A DNA stretch of 64,000 nt from an uncultured Chloroflexia bacterium (GTDB lineage: Bacteria; Chloroflexota; Limnocylindria; Limnocylindrales; CSP1-4): assembly GCA_963780375.1 (NCBI GenBank), contig CAWABV010000004.1, positions 35,662-99,661 on the forward strand, read 5' to 3'. The notes beneath the pieces are model-generated. The model was not told the DNA's origin, searched no databases, and was given only the letters and a program-made list of their open reading frames with translations. Position 1 is the first letter of the stretch. Each line of letters opens with the position of its first letter. This document shows, in pieces, positions 8,622 to 18,777 of the stretch. Made by a program: the position numbers and the translations under genes.

Positions 8622-9656
8622 CTAGGCCGTCGATCCCTCGCGCAGGTCGATCCGACGGTGGCCCGGGAAGGCTTTCTCGAGCGCTCGATCCAGGTCGTCC
8701 ATCGTGGGCGGCGGCTCGTGCCAGCGGTGGACGAGCACCGTGTGGCGGCTGACGATCGGCACGTCGCGCCGCGCGATGAAGCGCAGGAACACCGCTCCGG
8801 TGTCCGGGACGAGGAAGGAGCTCTCCCCGGACACGCGGCCTTCATGCAGGAGTCGCTCCCAGGGTTCGCCGCGGGCGTCCGGATCGCCGAGCGAGATATC
8901 GACGATGGACTTGCCGACCAGATCCTCGGCCGGCCAACCGACCGTTGCGGCAGCGCTGGCGGTGATGTCGACGATGCGCAGGTCCTCGTCGATCACGAAG
9001 ATCGGCGGGCCGCTGACCGCCGGTAGGCGCGGAGCGATCTCGATCCCGTCATAGGTTTCGAGGTGGAGCCGATCGATCCACTCCGCCAGGTCCTGCTCGA
9101 ACAACGGTCGCTCCGCACCGCCGCCGGTCGCCTGCCGGATCGTCGCGCGATCGGGCCACACGCCGACGGTGACCGCCTCGCACTCGCGGCCGATCACGCG
9201 CCGACCGAGATGCGACGCCACGAGCCCGAGGTCGACGAACCGCCGCTGTTGTCCGCGCAGGGTCTCGATGAGCCGAGCCTCCTGATTCGGCCGCGACTGC
9301 ACAGCGAGGATGCGCAGGTAGGCGAATTGCTCCGGGGGCAGGGCCGCGAAGGTCCGTCCGACGATCTCGTAATGCACCGCAGAATCGATCTGGAGCGGGA
9401 GCTGCAGCCGCGTCGCGAGGAACCGATCCTGCTCGGCCACATCCGTGGCTCGCGCCATGAGCGTGACGTCCGTCCAGACCGAGACGATCGCCGCCTCGAC
9501 CGGCTGTTCACCTTTCGGCGATCGGCGGGCGCCGACGATGAGGCTCTCGAGGCCGGGCACGTCCCGCGCGGCCCGTGCGAGACGGCCGCGCTCATCGACG
9601 AGGGCATTCGCGTCGATGTCGGCCGGCAGTCGACCGAAGACGATGCGCAGGATCAT
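8622..9656 (-). CDS. Protein with two putative ABM-like (ferredoxin-fold) domains and a C-terminal PAS domain
   Basis: PAS: IFVIDEDLRIVDITASAAATVGWPAEDLVGKSI; N-terminal duplicated ...GRR...EA..V.VW pattern. Confidence 0.6.
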   Translation of the reverse strand: MILRIVFGRLPADIDANALVDERGRLARAARDVPGLESLIVGARRSPKGEQPVEAAIVSVWTDVTLMARATDVAEQDRFLATRLQLPLQIDSAVHYEIVGRTFAALPPEQFAYLRILAVQSRPNQEARLIETLRGQQRRFVDLGLVASHLGRRVIGRECEAVTVGVWPDRATIRQATGGGAERPLFEQDLAEWIDRLHLETYDGIEIAPRLPAVSGPPIFVIDEDLRIVDITASAAATVGWPAEDLVGKSIVDISLGDPDARGEPWERLLHEGRVSGESSFLVPDTGAVFLRFIARRDVPIVSRHTVLVHRWHEPPPTMDDLDRALEKAFPGHRRIDLREGSTA

Positions 9657-9754
9657 GGGCGGCAACTGTAGCGCGGCATGGCGCGCCCGCCCATGGGTCG
9701 CTCGTCTTTGACCACCAGTCCTGACACCGCTCCGGCGCCGTTGCCGAGCTCAGT

Positions 9755-9771
9755 TGCACAATATTTGTGCA
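9755..9771. promoter_or_regulatory. Palindromic operator upstream of the ArsR-like regulator
   Basis: Perfect TGCACAA-tat-TTGTGCA inverted repeat in an AT-rich patch about 30 nt upstream of the start codon. Confidence 0.65.
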
Positions 9772-9802
9772 TAACTTCTTTGCATGCTACGGTGGCCGCG
9801 TC

Positions 9803-10396
9803 ATGGAGACGCCGTTCACCACCCTCCACCTCGACGCGCGGGCGATCCGCGTGCTCGCGCACCCCTTGCGAACGCGCCTCCTCACCGCCCTTCGTACTGG
9901 CGGTCCGGCGACCGCCACGGCCCTCGCCCGCCGGCTCGACACGAACACCGGGGCGACGAGCTACCACCTCCGCAAGCTCGCATCGGTCGGGCTCGTCGAC
10001 GAGACCCAGGACGGTCGCGGCCGCGAGCGCTGGTGGCAGGCGAGCACGCCGAGCCACGGCTGGACGGAGCGCGACGTCGCAGGCGACGCGGACGCCGAGG
10101 CGGCCAGCGACTGGCTCCGGCGCCACTATCTCCGATCGTTCGTCGACCGCTACGAGCGGTGGCTCGATCGGTCATCCGACGAATCGCTCGACTGGCGCGA
10201 TGCCGCGGAATTCGGCGACGCGGAGATGCGGCTGTCGCCCGACGAACTTCGAGCCTTCCAGGGCGAGCTCCTCGAGCTCCTCGACCGATATCGGCACCCC
10301 TCCCCTGACGACTCGGACGCACGCAGGGTCGCGTTCTACTACCACGCGTTCCCGGTGGACACGGCGGATGCCGGCCGCGGGGAGACCGACGGATGA
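9803..10396 (+). CDS. ArsR-family winged HTH regulator
   Basis: LAHPLRTRLL..L...GPATATALA...SYHLRKLA..GLV, RERWW. Confidence 0.9.
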   Translation: METPFTTLHLDARAIRVLAHPLRTRLLTALRTGGPATATALARRLDTNTGATSYHLRKLASVGLVDETQDGRGRERWWQASTPSHGWTERDVAGDADAEAASDWLRRHYLRSFVDRYERWLDRSSDESLDWRDAAEFGDAEMRLSPDELRAFQGELLELLDRYRHPSPDDSDARRVAFYYHAFPVDTADAGRGETDG

Positions 10397-11673
10397 CGTC
10401 CCTCGACGCCGGCACGGCCCGACGCCGCTATCTCATCCTCACGGGCCTGCGCTGGCTGCCCGTCGGGTTGATGACGCCGATCTTCGTCCTCATCCTCCTG
10501 TCCCGCGGTCTGACTCTGACCGAGATCGGTGTCGTCTTCGCCGCGCAGGGCCTCGTCGTCCTCGCGCTGGAGCTGCCGACGGGCGGGCTGTCCGATGCGC
10601 TCGGCCGGCGCCCCGTGCTGCTGTTCGCGTCGGTCATCGCGATCGTGTCGATGAGCATCTTCGCCGTCGCCCACTCGGTCGAGCTGTTCCTCGTCGCGAT
10701 GCTGTTGCAGGGCGTCTACCGCGCCCTCGACTCTGGCCCCCTCGAGGCATGGTTCGTCGACGCGACGCTGGCGGCCGACCCCAGTTCCGAGATCGAGCAC
10801 GGGCTCGGCCGCGGCTCGGCGGCGTTGAGCGTCGCGATCGCCGTCGGAGCGCTCATCTCCGGCGGCCTGGTCGCCCTGCACCCGATCCCGGTGATGGATC
10901 CGCTGCTGCTGCCACTCCTCGTCGCGCTCGGTTTCCACGTCGTGCACCTGATCGCCGTGGCCGCCCTGATGACGGAACCGCCACGGCCGCGTCATCCCGA
11001 AGCGATCGCGGCGTCGGTGCGTGCCGTCCCCGAGATCATCCGCGACGGACTCGGGCTGTTGAGCTCGTCGCGGGTGCTGCTCGCGCTGGTCCTGGTCGAG
11101 GCCTTCTGGGGCTTCGCGATGGTCACCTTCGAGAGCCTATTCCCGATCCGCGTCTCGGAGCTGGTCGGCGGCACGCAACAAGCGGCCGCGATCATGGGAC
11201 CGGTGAACTCGACGGCGTGGTTCGCGTCCGCCGCCGGCGCGGCCGGGATCATCGTCGTCAGCCGGCGTATCGGCGTGGCACGCTCGGCAGCGCTGTTGCG
11301 GATCGTGCAAGGCGCGACGGTCGTCGCGATGGGCCTCTTCGCCGGCATCGTCGGGGTGGTGGTGGCGTACCTTGCCTGCTACACGGCCCACGGCGCATCG
11401 AACCCGATGCATACGACGCTGCTGCATCGACAGGTTGATGGGCCGCACCGGACGACGGTCCTTTCTATGAATTCGATGGTTGGGCAGCCCGCCGGCGCGC
11501 TGGGCGGCATCGCCCTCGCGGCGCTGGCGGATGCGACGAGCGTGTCCGCGGCGATGATCGTCGGCGGGATCATCCTGGCGATCGCGGCGCCGCTGTACCT
11601 GCCCGCCTTCCGTCAGGAACAGGCGGCGCGTCCGCAGGGGGAGAAAGCGGATCAGGCGCCCCTCGCCGCGTAG
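10393..11673 (+). CDS. MFS transporter
   Basis: ELPTGGLSDALGRR motif A; about 12 hydrophobic segments; ATGA-coupled to the regulator. Confidence 0.9.
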   Translation: MTSLDAGTARRRYLILTGLRWLPVGLMTPIFVLILLSRGLTLTEIGVVFAAQGLVVLALELPTGGLSDALGRRPVLLFASVIAIVSMSIFAVAHSVELFLVAMLLQGVYRALDSGPLEAWFVDATLAADPSSEIEHGLGRGSAALSVAIAVGALISGGLVALHPIPVMDPLLLPLLVALGFHVVHLIAVAALMTEPPRPRHPEAIAASVRAVPEIIRDGLGLLSSSRVLLALVLVEAFWGFAMVTFESLFPIRVSELVGGTQQAAAIMGPVNSTAWFASAAGAAGIIVVSRRIGVARSAALLRIVQGATVVAMGLFAGIVGVVVAYLACYTAHGASNPMHTTLLHRQVDGPHRTTVLSMNSMVGQPAGALGGIALAALADATSVSAAMIVGGIILAIAAPLYLPAFRQEQAARPQGEKADQAPLAA

Positions 11674-11683
11674 ACTCGGCCGC

Positions 11684-12556
11684 GTGTCCGACGCCGCCAT
11701 CCAGGTCGAGCGACTGCCCGATGCAGGGGCCTTCCTCGACGCCGCCGGGCCGTTCCTCGAACGACGGGAGGCGGAGAACAACCTGCTCCTTGGAATCGCG
11801 GCGAACCTGATCACCGATCCGGGCCGGCCCATGACGGCTCCTCCGCAGTTCGCCGTCGTGCGACGTGGGGAGGAGGTCGTCGCGGCTGCCCTGATGACCC
11901 CGCCGTTCAACCTGGTCGTGTCGTGGACCGACGATCGCGACGCGATGCCGGCGCTTGCAGAGGAGCTCGGACAGGCCCGCGTCCACGTCCCCGGCCTCAC
12001 CGCGCCACCTGAGATGGCGAAGGCGTTCGCCGACGCATGGGTCGAGGCGCGCGGCCAGACCGCGATGCGAACGATGGCCGAGCGTGTCTACCGCCTCGAG
12101 CGCGTCATCCCTGTCACGGGAGTGGCCGGCACGGTGCGCGTCGCCGATCTGGACGACCGGGATCTCCTCGTCGATTGGATGGGCGCCTTCGCGCACGAGG
12201 CACTCGACCGCAGGGATCCGATGGACCCGGCGGTCGTCATCGATGCCGGCCTTCGGACCGGGACACGGACCTTCTACCTCTGGGAGCACGAGGGCCGGCC
12301 GGTCTCCATGGCCGGCGTGACCGGCCCGACACCACACGGGATCCGGGTCGGACCGGTCTACACGCCATCCGCGGATCGCGGCCACGGCTTCGCGAGTGCG
12401 GTGACCGCGGCGGCGAGCCAGGCCCAGCTCGACCAGGGTCGCCGGTTCGTCTTCCTGTTCACGGACCTCACCAACCCGACATCGAACCGGATCTACCAGG
12501 CGATCGGCTACGAGCCGGTGATCGATATCGACCAATGGAGCTTCGAGCCGGCCTGA
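11684..12556 (+). CDS. GNAT-family N-acetyltransferase
   Basis: VGPVYTPSADRGHGFA acetyl-CoA motif; LFTDLTNPTSNRIYQAIGY. Confidence 0.9.
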   Translation: MSDAAIQVERLPDAGAFLDAAGPFLERREAENNLLLGIAANLITDPGRPMTAPPQFAVVRRGEEVVAAALMTPPFNLVVSWTDDRDAMPALAEELGQARVHVPGLTAPPEMAKAFADAWVEARGQTAMRTMAERVYRLERVIPVTGVAGTVRVADLDDRDLLVDWMGAFAHEALDRRDPMDPAVVIDAGLRTGTRTFYLWEHEGRPVSMAGVTGPTPHGIRVGPVYTPSADRGHGFASAVTAAASQAQLDQGRRFVFLFTDLTNPTSNRIYQAIGYEPVIDIDQWSFEPA

Positions 12557-12779
12557 CGGGTCCGTCGCGGCTCTTCGACGGCCGCAGCGACGATCGAAGC
12601 GCCAAAAGTGAACAATTCGGCCCGTTCGAACGCCCATATGTACAGAAGCCCGCGGTCCCTCCTCCTCCCGGGGCCGTGGGCCGAGTCGAACACCGTCGCG
12701 AGGGCTCGGGCGCCCGCCTGGGGGGCGGCGCCCGAGATCCCTCTCCCCGACCCTCTCGCGTCCCCTAGACTGCGGCTCC

Positions 12780-14030
12780 GTGACGATCGAGGTTGCCGAA
12801 GCGCGGAGCATCCTCCGCGATCCCGTCTTCGCGCGACTCTGGTTCATCCAGGCCGCGAACCAGGTCGGCGGCAACATGGCGCTCTACGCGCTGACCGTCC
12901 TCGTCTACTCGAGCACGAGATCCAACAGCGCCGTCAGCGCGCTGCTCGTCTCGTTCGTGCTGCCGCAGATCGCCCTGTCCCCCTTCGCGGGCGTCATCGT
13001 CGACCGGCTCGACCTGCGCTGGGCGTTGATCGTCCCGAACCTGATCCGCACCGGGCTCACGGCCGGCCTGGCCCTCTCGGGCGCGCACATCGCGATGGTC
13101 CTTGCGCTGAACCTCGGCGTGAGCCTGATGAGCGTCGCGCTCACGCCGGCCGAGGGATCGATGATCCCGCGCGTCGTCCCGAAGGCTCAGCTCGAGACGG
13201 CAATGAGCGTCTTCAACCTCACGCTGCAGGCCTCGTTCGCGGTCGGGTTCGCGTTCCTCGGGCCGCTGATGGTGTCGATCGCGGGGCCATCATTCGTCCT
13301 CGGTGTCGTGACCGCGTTCTACGTCGCGGCGAGCATCGCCTGCTTCGGGCTGCCGAGCGCGCCGCCCATCGCGCCGAAGGCGGGCGAGCATCGCCGGACC
13401 CTGATCGAACCCCTGCGTGAGCTACGCGACGGCCTCGCTGTCGTCCGCCGCGAGCCGACGATCAGCCGCCCCATCGTCCTGCTCGCCACGGCCACCTCGG
13501 TTGCCAGCGTGTTGGGGGTGCTGGGACCCTCGCTTGCCGTGACCGTGGGCCTCGAACCGCAGAACCTGGCGGTCGTCGTAGTCCCGCTCGGCATCGGCGT
13601 CGTCCTCGGGGTCTTCGGGCTGCGACAGTTCGGCGGGAGGTGGCCGCGCCGGCGGGTCGCCGAGGGCGGCCTGCTGGTCCTCGGGATCGTCACGGCCGCC
13701 CTCGCGGGCGCGGGCTGGCTCGACGGCACGCTGCGCAGCATCGGCGTCCCGGTCGGGGCGCTGCCGGTCGTCGTGGTAACGGCGATGATCGCTGGGGCGG
13801 CCTACGCGGTGACGTCCGTGACTGCCCAGACGAATCTGACCGAATCGACGCCAGCCGATGTCCGGGGGCGCGTCTTCGGCGTACTGGCATCGATCGTGTC
13901 CGCGGCGTCGCTCGTGCCCTCGCTCATCGCCGGCCCCCTGGCGGACGGTCTGTCGACAGGACTTGCCATCGCCATCGCCGGGCTGATCCTGGTGGGAGTC
14001 GCATTCTGGTCGATCAGGCGCCACGGGTGA
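12780..14030 (+). CDS. MFS transporter (DHA3/MFS_3-like)
   Basis: SPFAGVIVDRLD, RGRVFG; multiple TM helices. Confidence 0.88.
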   Translation: MTIEVAEARSILRDPVFARLWFIQAANQVGGNMALYALTVLVYSSTRSNSAVSALLVSFVLPQIALSPFAGVIVDRLDLRWALIVPNLIRTGLTAGLALSGAHIAMVLALNLGVSLMSVALTPAEGSMIPRVVPKAQLETAMSVFNLTLQASFAVGFAFLGPLMVSIAGPSFVLGVVTAFYVAASIACFGLPSAPPIAPKAGEHRRTLIEPLRELRDGLAVVRREPTISRPIVLLATATSVASVLGVLGPSLAVTVGLEPQNLAVVVVPLGIGVVLGVFGLRQFGGRWPRRRVAEGGLLVLGIVTAALAGAGWLDGTLRSIGVPVGALPVVVVTAMIAGAAYAVTSVTAQTNLTESTPADVRGRVFGVLASIVSAASLVPSLIAGPLADGLSTGLAIAIAGLILVGVAFWSIRRHG

Positions 14031-14098
14031 CGCCATACTCATCGCGCCTCACCTAACCACACCGGATCGATCCGGACCACACCCTCAGGAGGGGATGG

Positions 14099-15310
14099 AT
14101 GGACGCCTCGGCCGGCCGGGGAACACCGGCTTGGGTCGCGACCGCACGCGACCTCTACCTCGTCGCGATGGCGGTGTTCGTCGTGAACATCGTCATCGGC
14201 ATCCTCAACGGTGCGGACGCTGTCGAGTTCGATCGGAACCAGATCCTGACGCACGTCCACGCGGGTACGGTCGGCTGGCTGACGCTGACGATCGTCGCGT
14301 CGACATTCTTGTTATTCCAGACCGCCGATCGCCGGCTCATGCTCGCGCTGGCCGTCCTCGTCCCGATCTACGTCCTGGCCTTCTACACGGGCAACTTCGC
14401 CTTCCGGGCCATCGGCGGCGTCGCGCTGCTGGTCGCCGTTGTGTGGCTCTTCGTCTGGGTGTGGCGGACCTATCTGGCCGGCGAACGAAACCTGCCGAGG
14501 CTGGCGGTGGCGCTCGGGCTCACGATCTTCGCGTACGGCGCCATCGTCGGCGTGCTGATCCAGGTGAGCTTCGCGGCTGGGATCACGATCATCCCGGGCG
14601 ACGCGGTCGGCGCACACGCCAGCGCGATGACCTTCGGCTACCTCGTGCTCGTCGCCATGGGCTTCATCGAATGGCGACTGCTCGGGACGCGGACGATGCC
14701 GAGTCTGGGCCTCGTCCAGGTGGGCGCCCTATTCGTTGGTGGGTTGCTCTTCTCGCTCAGTCTCATGGTCGGCGCTGAGCAGGCGGGCGGTGGGATCAAC
14801 CTGCTCACGTCGCTGATCGCCGTGGTGGTGTTCGCGATCCGGGTCCTCCCGCGGGCGCTCCGGATCGACTGGGTGACGGCCGAGCCGATCCGCCATTTCT
14901 CGGCCGCGGCAGTCTGGGTGGTGGTCTCGATCGCCATCTTCATGTACGTCGTATTCATCTTCATCTCGCAGGGCATCGACCCCGCGGATCCGAACGCCCC
15001 GATCCACATCCTCGTCGCCGGCGACCATGCGGCCTTCATCGGCATCGTGACCAACGTCATGCTGGGCTTGCTCGCGACGCTGGTCCTGCGGGCCGACGTT
15101 CGACGAGGATGGGTCGGCCAGCTGATCTTCTGGGGCGTGAACCTCGGCCTCGTGGTGTTCGTGATCGGGCTGCTGCTCGATTCGGCCGAGATCAAGCGGA
15201 TCGGAGCGCCCGTGATGGGCATAGCGCTGCTGATCTCGCTGGCGATCTTGGCCTGGACGGCGCTGCGGGAGCCGCTCGAGGTGGGTGAGGCCGATCTGGA
15301 GCCCGCCTAG
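14099..15310 (+). CDS. Polytopic membrane protein with intramembrane His residues (heme-copper oxidase subunit I/NnrS-like fold suspected)
   Basis: About 12 TMs; HVHAGTVGW, AHASAMTFGY, DHAAFIG; AGGAGG RBS. Confidence 0.6.
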   Translation: MDASAGRGTPAWVATARDLYLVAMAVFVVNIVIGILNGADAVEFDRNQILTHVHAGTVGWLTLTIVASTFLLFQTADRRLMLALAVLVPIYVLAFYTGNFAFRAIGGVALLVAVVWLFVWVWRTYLAGERNLPRLAVALGLTIFAYGAIVGVLIQVSFAAGITIIPGDAVGAHASAMTFGYLVLVAMGFIEWRLLGTRTMPSLGLVQVGALFVGGLLFSLSLMVGAEQAGGGINLLTSLIAVVVFAIRVLPRALRIDWVTAEPIRHFSAAAVWVVVSIAIFMYVVFIFISQGIDPADPNAPIHILVAGDHAAFIGIVTNVMLGLLATLVLRADVRRGWVGQLIFWGVNLGLVVFVIGLLLDSAEIKRIGAPVMGIALLISLAILAWTALREPLEVGEADLEPA

Positions 15311-15580
15311 GGACGAGCGGATCCGGCGCTTCCTGGGGCCAACCGCGTGACGACGGCGGCGGCGACGGGGCCGAAGCCCCGCGCGCCGCCTCGGAGATCG
15401 CCTGGGGGTTCGATCTCCGCGGGGGGTTGGCGTGGGGTTTGGACTATCCTGCGCCGGTCTTGTGGGGTCTTGTGCGGTCGGTCTGCACGTTCGGTGACGG
15501 GGCGCACCACCTTTCGCCACGGAACCTCGAGGCGGGACGCGCCGTCGGGGGCGGTGAGACGTCGACCAGGGAGGAGATCG

Positions 15581-16571
15581 ATGCGCGTCCGCGCCGTCGC
15601 GTTGCTCATGCCGCTCATCCTCGCCGCGTGCGCGACACCGGCTGCGTCGGGGCCGTCGGCGGCGCCATCGACCCCCGGGGCGTCACCGGCCGGACCTCCC
15701 GCGAGCGCGTCGGCCTCCTCGTCGGCCGCAGCCGCATCATCGCCAGTCGCGAGCATCGACCCGAACGCCGGCAAGGAGCGCACCGACGAGCACGGCGTCG
15801 CCCAGGTCTGGGTGCCGGCCGGCACGTTCCTGATGGGCACCGACGAGACGGATCCCGCCGGCGAGCTGGCACCGCCCGACTGGGCGGCCGTGGAGCTCCT
15901 CGGGGAACGACCGCAGCACGAGGTCGCGCTGTCGACCGGCTACTGGATCGACAAGACCGAGGTGACCAACCAGGTGTACCAGGCGTTCGTCGACGACGGC
16001 GGCTACCAGGATCAGGCGCTCTGGTCCGAGGACGGCTGGGCGTGGCTGGCCGATCGGGACGCGACCGCCCTGCCCGCCGCGTGCGTGGATGCCAAGCCCG
16101 ACGAGCCACGCGTCTGCATCACCTGGTACGAGGCGGAGGCATACGCGGCTTGGCGTGGCGGTGCGCTGCCGACGGAGGCGCAGTGGGAATTCGCGGCTCG
16201 CGGCCCAGCCTCGTCGATCTTCCCGTGGGGCGACGAGTGGGACGAGGCGAAGGCCAACGTGGTCGACAGCGATGCCTCGACGCCCGTCGGGTCCCTTCCG
16301 GAAGGTGCGAGCTGGGTCGGGCGCACTCGACATGGCCGGCAACGCCATGGAGTGGGTCGCCGACTGGTTCTCGATCTCGTATTACAAGCAGGAGGTCCGC
16401 GACGACCCGACCGGCCCCGACTTCGGCTCGAAGAAGGTCGAGAAGGGCGGCTGGTGGGGCGCGGTCCCGTACGTGGCGCGGTCGGCATACCGGCACTTCG
16501 AGGATCCGCCGACCTACCAGGACCACCACATCGGTGTCCGGATCGTGTCGGAGGGCGAACCTCCCGCCTGA
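15581..16571 (+). CDS. FGE-sulfatase (SUMF1/EgtB-like) domain lipoprotein, frameshifted near 16320
   Basis: LAAC lipobox; FLMG, ERPQHEV, KTEVTN, LPTEAQWEFAARG, FPWG; continues in another frame as GALDMAGNAMEWV...GVRIV. Confidence 0.85.
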
Positions 16572-16628
16572 CGGCTGGGTCTCGCGAGCGCCGGCCGGCG
16601 CTCCAGGCTCTGCCGGCGTTCGCCTTTG

Positions 16629-17030
16629 CTAGCCGCTGGTGGATCCGGCCCTTTCGAGCGTGGTACGCGCCATGACCGGGTCGCTCGTGACGAAGCCGAC
16701 TTCGATGTCGTTGCCCTGCATCCCGAGCAGCAGCACCGATTCGATGTTCACGCCCGCATTCGCCAGCTGACGGGACGCCTTGGCGAGACTGCCCGGCTCG
16801 TGGCGGAGCGGGATCGTCGTGATCTCCTTCTGCTCGAAGGTGCTGTTGATCTCGGCGAGGGCCGCACGAGTGTTCGCGTTGTCGTCGGTCGCGATCGCGA
16901 TCCGGCCCATGTCGCCGCACGTGGAGCCGCTCACGCTCGTGATGTTGACGCCCTTCGCGGCGATGGCCTCGGTGACGTCGGCGAGCGCGCCTGGCTTGTC
17001 GGCGAGATCGATCAGGAAGGCATGCTGCAT
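16629..17030 (-). CDS. Tandem ACT domain protein
   Basis: DKPGALADVTEAIAAKGVNI and HEPGSLAKASRQLANAGVNI; GGAGG RBS. Confidence 0.9.
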   Translation of the reverse strand: MQHAFLIDLADKPGALADVTEAIAAKGVNITSVSGSTCGDMGRIAIATDDNANTRAALAEINSTFEQKEITTIPLRHEPGSLAKASRQLANAGVNIESVLLLGMQGNDIEVGFVTSDPVMARTTLERAGSTSG

Positions 17031-17108
17031 GGTCGATGCTCCTCCACACACGGCCCGTCCGAGGACCTGTGAAACGGCATCTCGAGGGCGGGTCGGGAGT
17101 GCCCCGAT

Positions 17109-17160
17109 TCTACGCTCGCGGTCTACGCTCGGGGTCTGCGCTCGGGGTCTACGCTCGGGG
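17109..17160. repeat. 13-bp tandem repeat x4
   Basis: TCTACGCTCGCGG / TCTACGCTCGGGG / TCTGCGCTCGGGG / TCTACGCTCGGGG. Confidence 0.85.
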
Positions 17161-17220
17161 TCCAGTTTCGCGGTTCACGGCGCCGACCCGACGGCGCCGC
17201 CCCACAGAGCGCCACGCGCG

Positions 17221-17382
17221 CTTGGAACATCCCCATGTTCCAAGCGGCGTCTGAACGATCGTTCTTCCGCAAAGCGGAACAGGCAGGGTTCCGAATTGCC
17301 GCTGAAGTGCCTAGAACGGCTCCGAATCGCGACAAAAGCCGTTCCTCCGCCGCTGATTGGAACTTCGGGATGTTCCAGATGC
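17221..17382. repeat. Multi-palindromic GAAC...GTTC element, copy 1
   Basis: Five GAAC/GTTC-closed inverted repeats; colinear with 27124-27257. Confidence 0.75.
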
Positions 17383-17422
17383 GATGGAGTCGCCGATAAG
17401 GGCCGCTTCGCAGACTGAGCCG

Positions 17423-18074
17423 ATGCCCACCTGGCAATCCGCCGCGCATCGAGGCCGGCAGCGCGCGAGGTGCCTCCTGCGGCGCGCTGGCGAGGAGTTT
17501 CGTCGCTTGCGGATCGGATCCGGCATCAGCACCCGACAGCTCGCTGCGACCCTCGGTATCTCACACACGCAAGTCCGGCGCATCGAGGCGGGAGTCGCCC
17601 CGCACGTGGACCTGGATCTCATTAGTCGTATGGCATCGGTCCTGGGCGCGGAGCTCAGCCTGGGAGTCCATCCGATCGGGCCTCCGGTCCGCGACAAGGC
17701 GCATGTCGAACTGCTCGAGCGGTTCGCCGCACGGCTGGGTCCAGGCATGACATGGGCAGACGGAGGTCCCGATCCCGATCCCAGGAGACCTTCGGAGTGC
17801 CGATGGCGTAACCGGGAACGGCGAATTCGACGCTGTCGTCGAGGCCGAGACTCGCCTTCACGATGTCCAAGCCACCGAGCGTCGCCTGCGAGCCAAGCAA
17901 CGCGACCTCGAGACGACCCGCGCGATCCTGCTCGTGGCCGACACGCGGCACAACCGTGCGGTCATCGCTGCCGTGCCCGACCTGCAGCGGCAGTTCCCCG
18001 TCGGGACTCGCGCGTGCCTCGCCGCCCTCGGCAAGGGTCGGGATCCCGGCGCCGACTGCCTCGTCATCCTCTAA
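17423..18074 (+). CDS. XRE-family HTH protein with a C-terminal PD-(D/E)xK/Vsr-like putative nuclease domain, frameshifted near 17755
   Basis: RRLRIGSGISTRQLAATLGISHTQVRRIEAG (HTH); after removing one G: QTEVPIPIPGDLRSADG...VVEAETRLHDVQATERRLRAKQRD...LLVADTRHNR; TAA at 18072-18074. Confidence 0.7.
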
Positions 18075-18085
18075 CGTGAGGTGCG

Positions 18086-18774
18086 ATGACAGCGACCAGC
18101 ATCCGCGACCTCCCACAGCCCGAAGCGGTGATCTTCGACCTCGATGGCACGCTGGTCGACACGGTCGAGACGCGCATCGAAGCCTGGAAGCAGACGTTCG
18201 ACGAGATCGGGGTCCGACGACACGCGAGGAGCTCGAGCCGCTCATCGGTGTCGATGGCAAGCGGCTCGCGCGCGAGGTGTGCGCGCTCGCCGGCCAGCCG
18301 ATCGACGAGGCGCGCGCCGAGGTCATCGACAAGCGCTGCGGTGAGATCTACGAGGAGCTCAACAGCGACCCTCGGGCGCTGCCTGGAGTCCGTCGATTGT
18401 TCGACACGATCGACAGTCGCGGGCTCAAGAGCGCGATCGCGACGTCCAGCCGGAAAGAACAGGTGAAGACGTCGGTCGATGCGCTCGGACTCACGAAGGA
18501 GCCGACCATCGTCGATGCGAGCCACGTCGAGCACGCAAAACCGGAGCCCGATCTCTTGCTCCGCGCCGCGGAAGAGCTCGGGGTGGACCCATCAAGGGCG
18601 TGGTACATCGGCGATTCGACCTGGGACATGGGCGCGTCGGTGGCGGCCGCGATGATCCCGATCGGCGTCACCGCCGGTGCCGCGGTCTCGCGCCAGGCGC
18701 TCGAAGGCGCCGGCGCGGCGGTCGTGGTCGAGACGCTCGACGAGATCACGGACGCCCTGGCAGTGAGACGCTGA
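18086..18774 (+). CDS. HAD-superfamily hydrolase, frameshifted near 18215
   Basis: IFDLDGTLVDT (motif I); in the second frame IATSS, KPEPD, YIGDSTWD. Confidence 0.88.
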
Positions 18775-18777
18775 TCG

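Noticed and set aside
17109-17382. Possible CRISPR array or mini-array
   Set aside because: No identical direct repeats separated by unique spacers of constant length, and no cas genes in the window.
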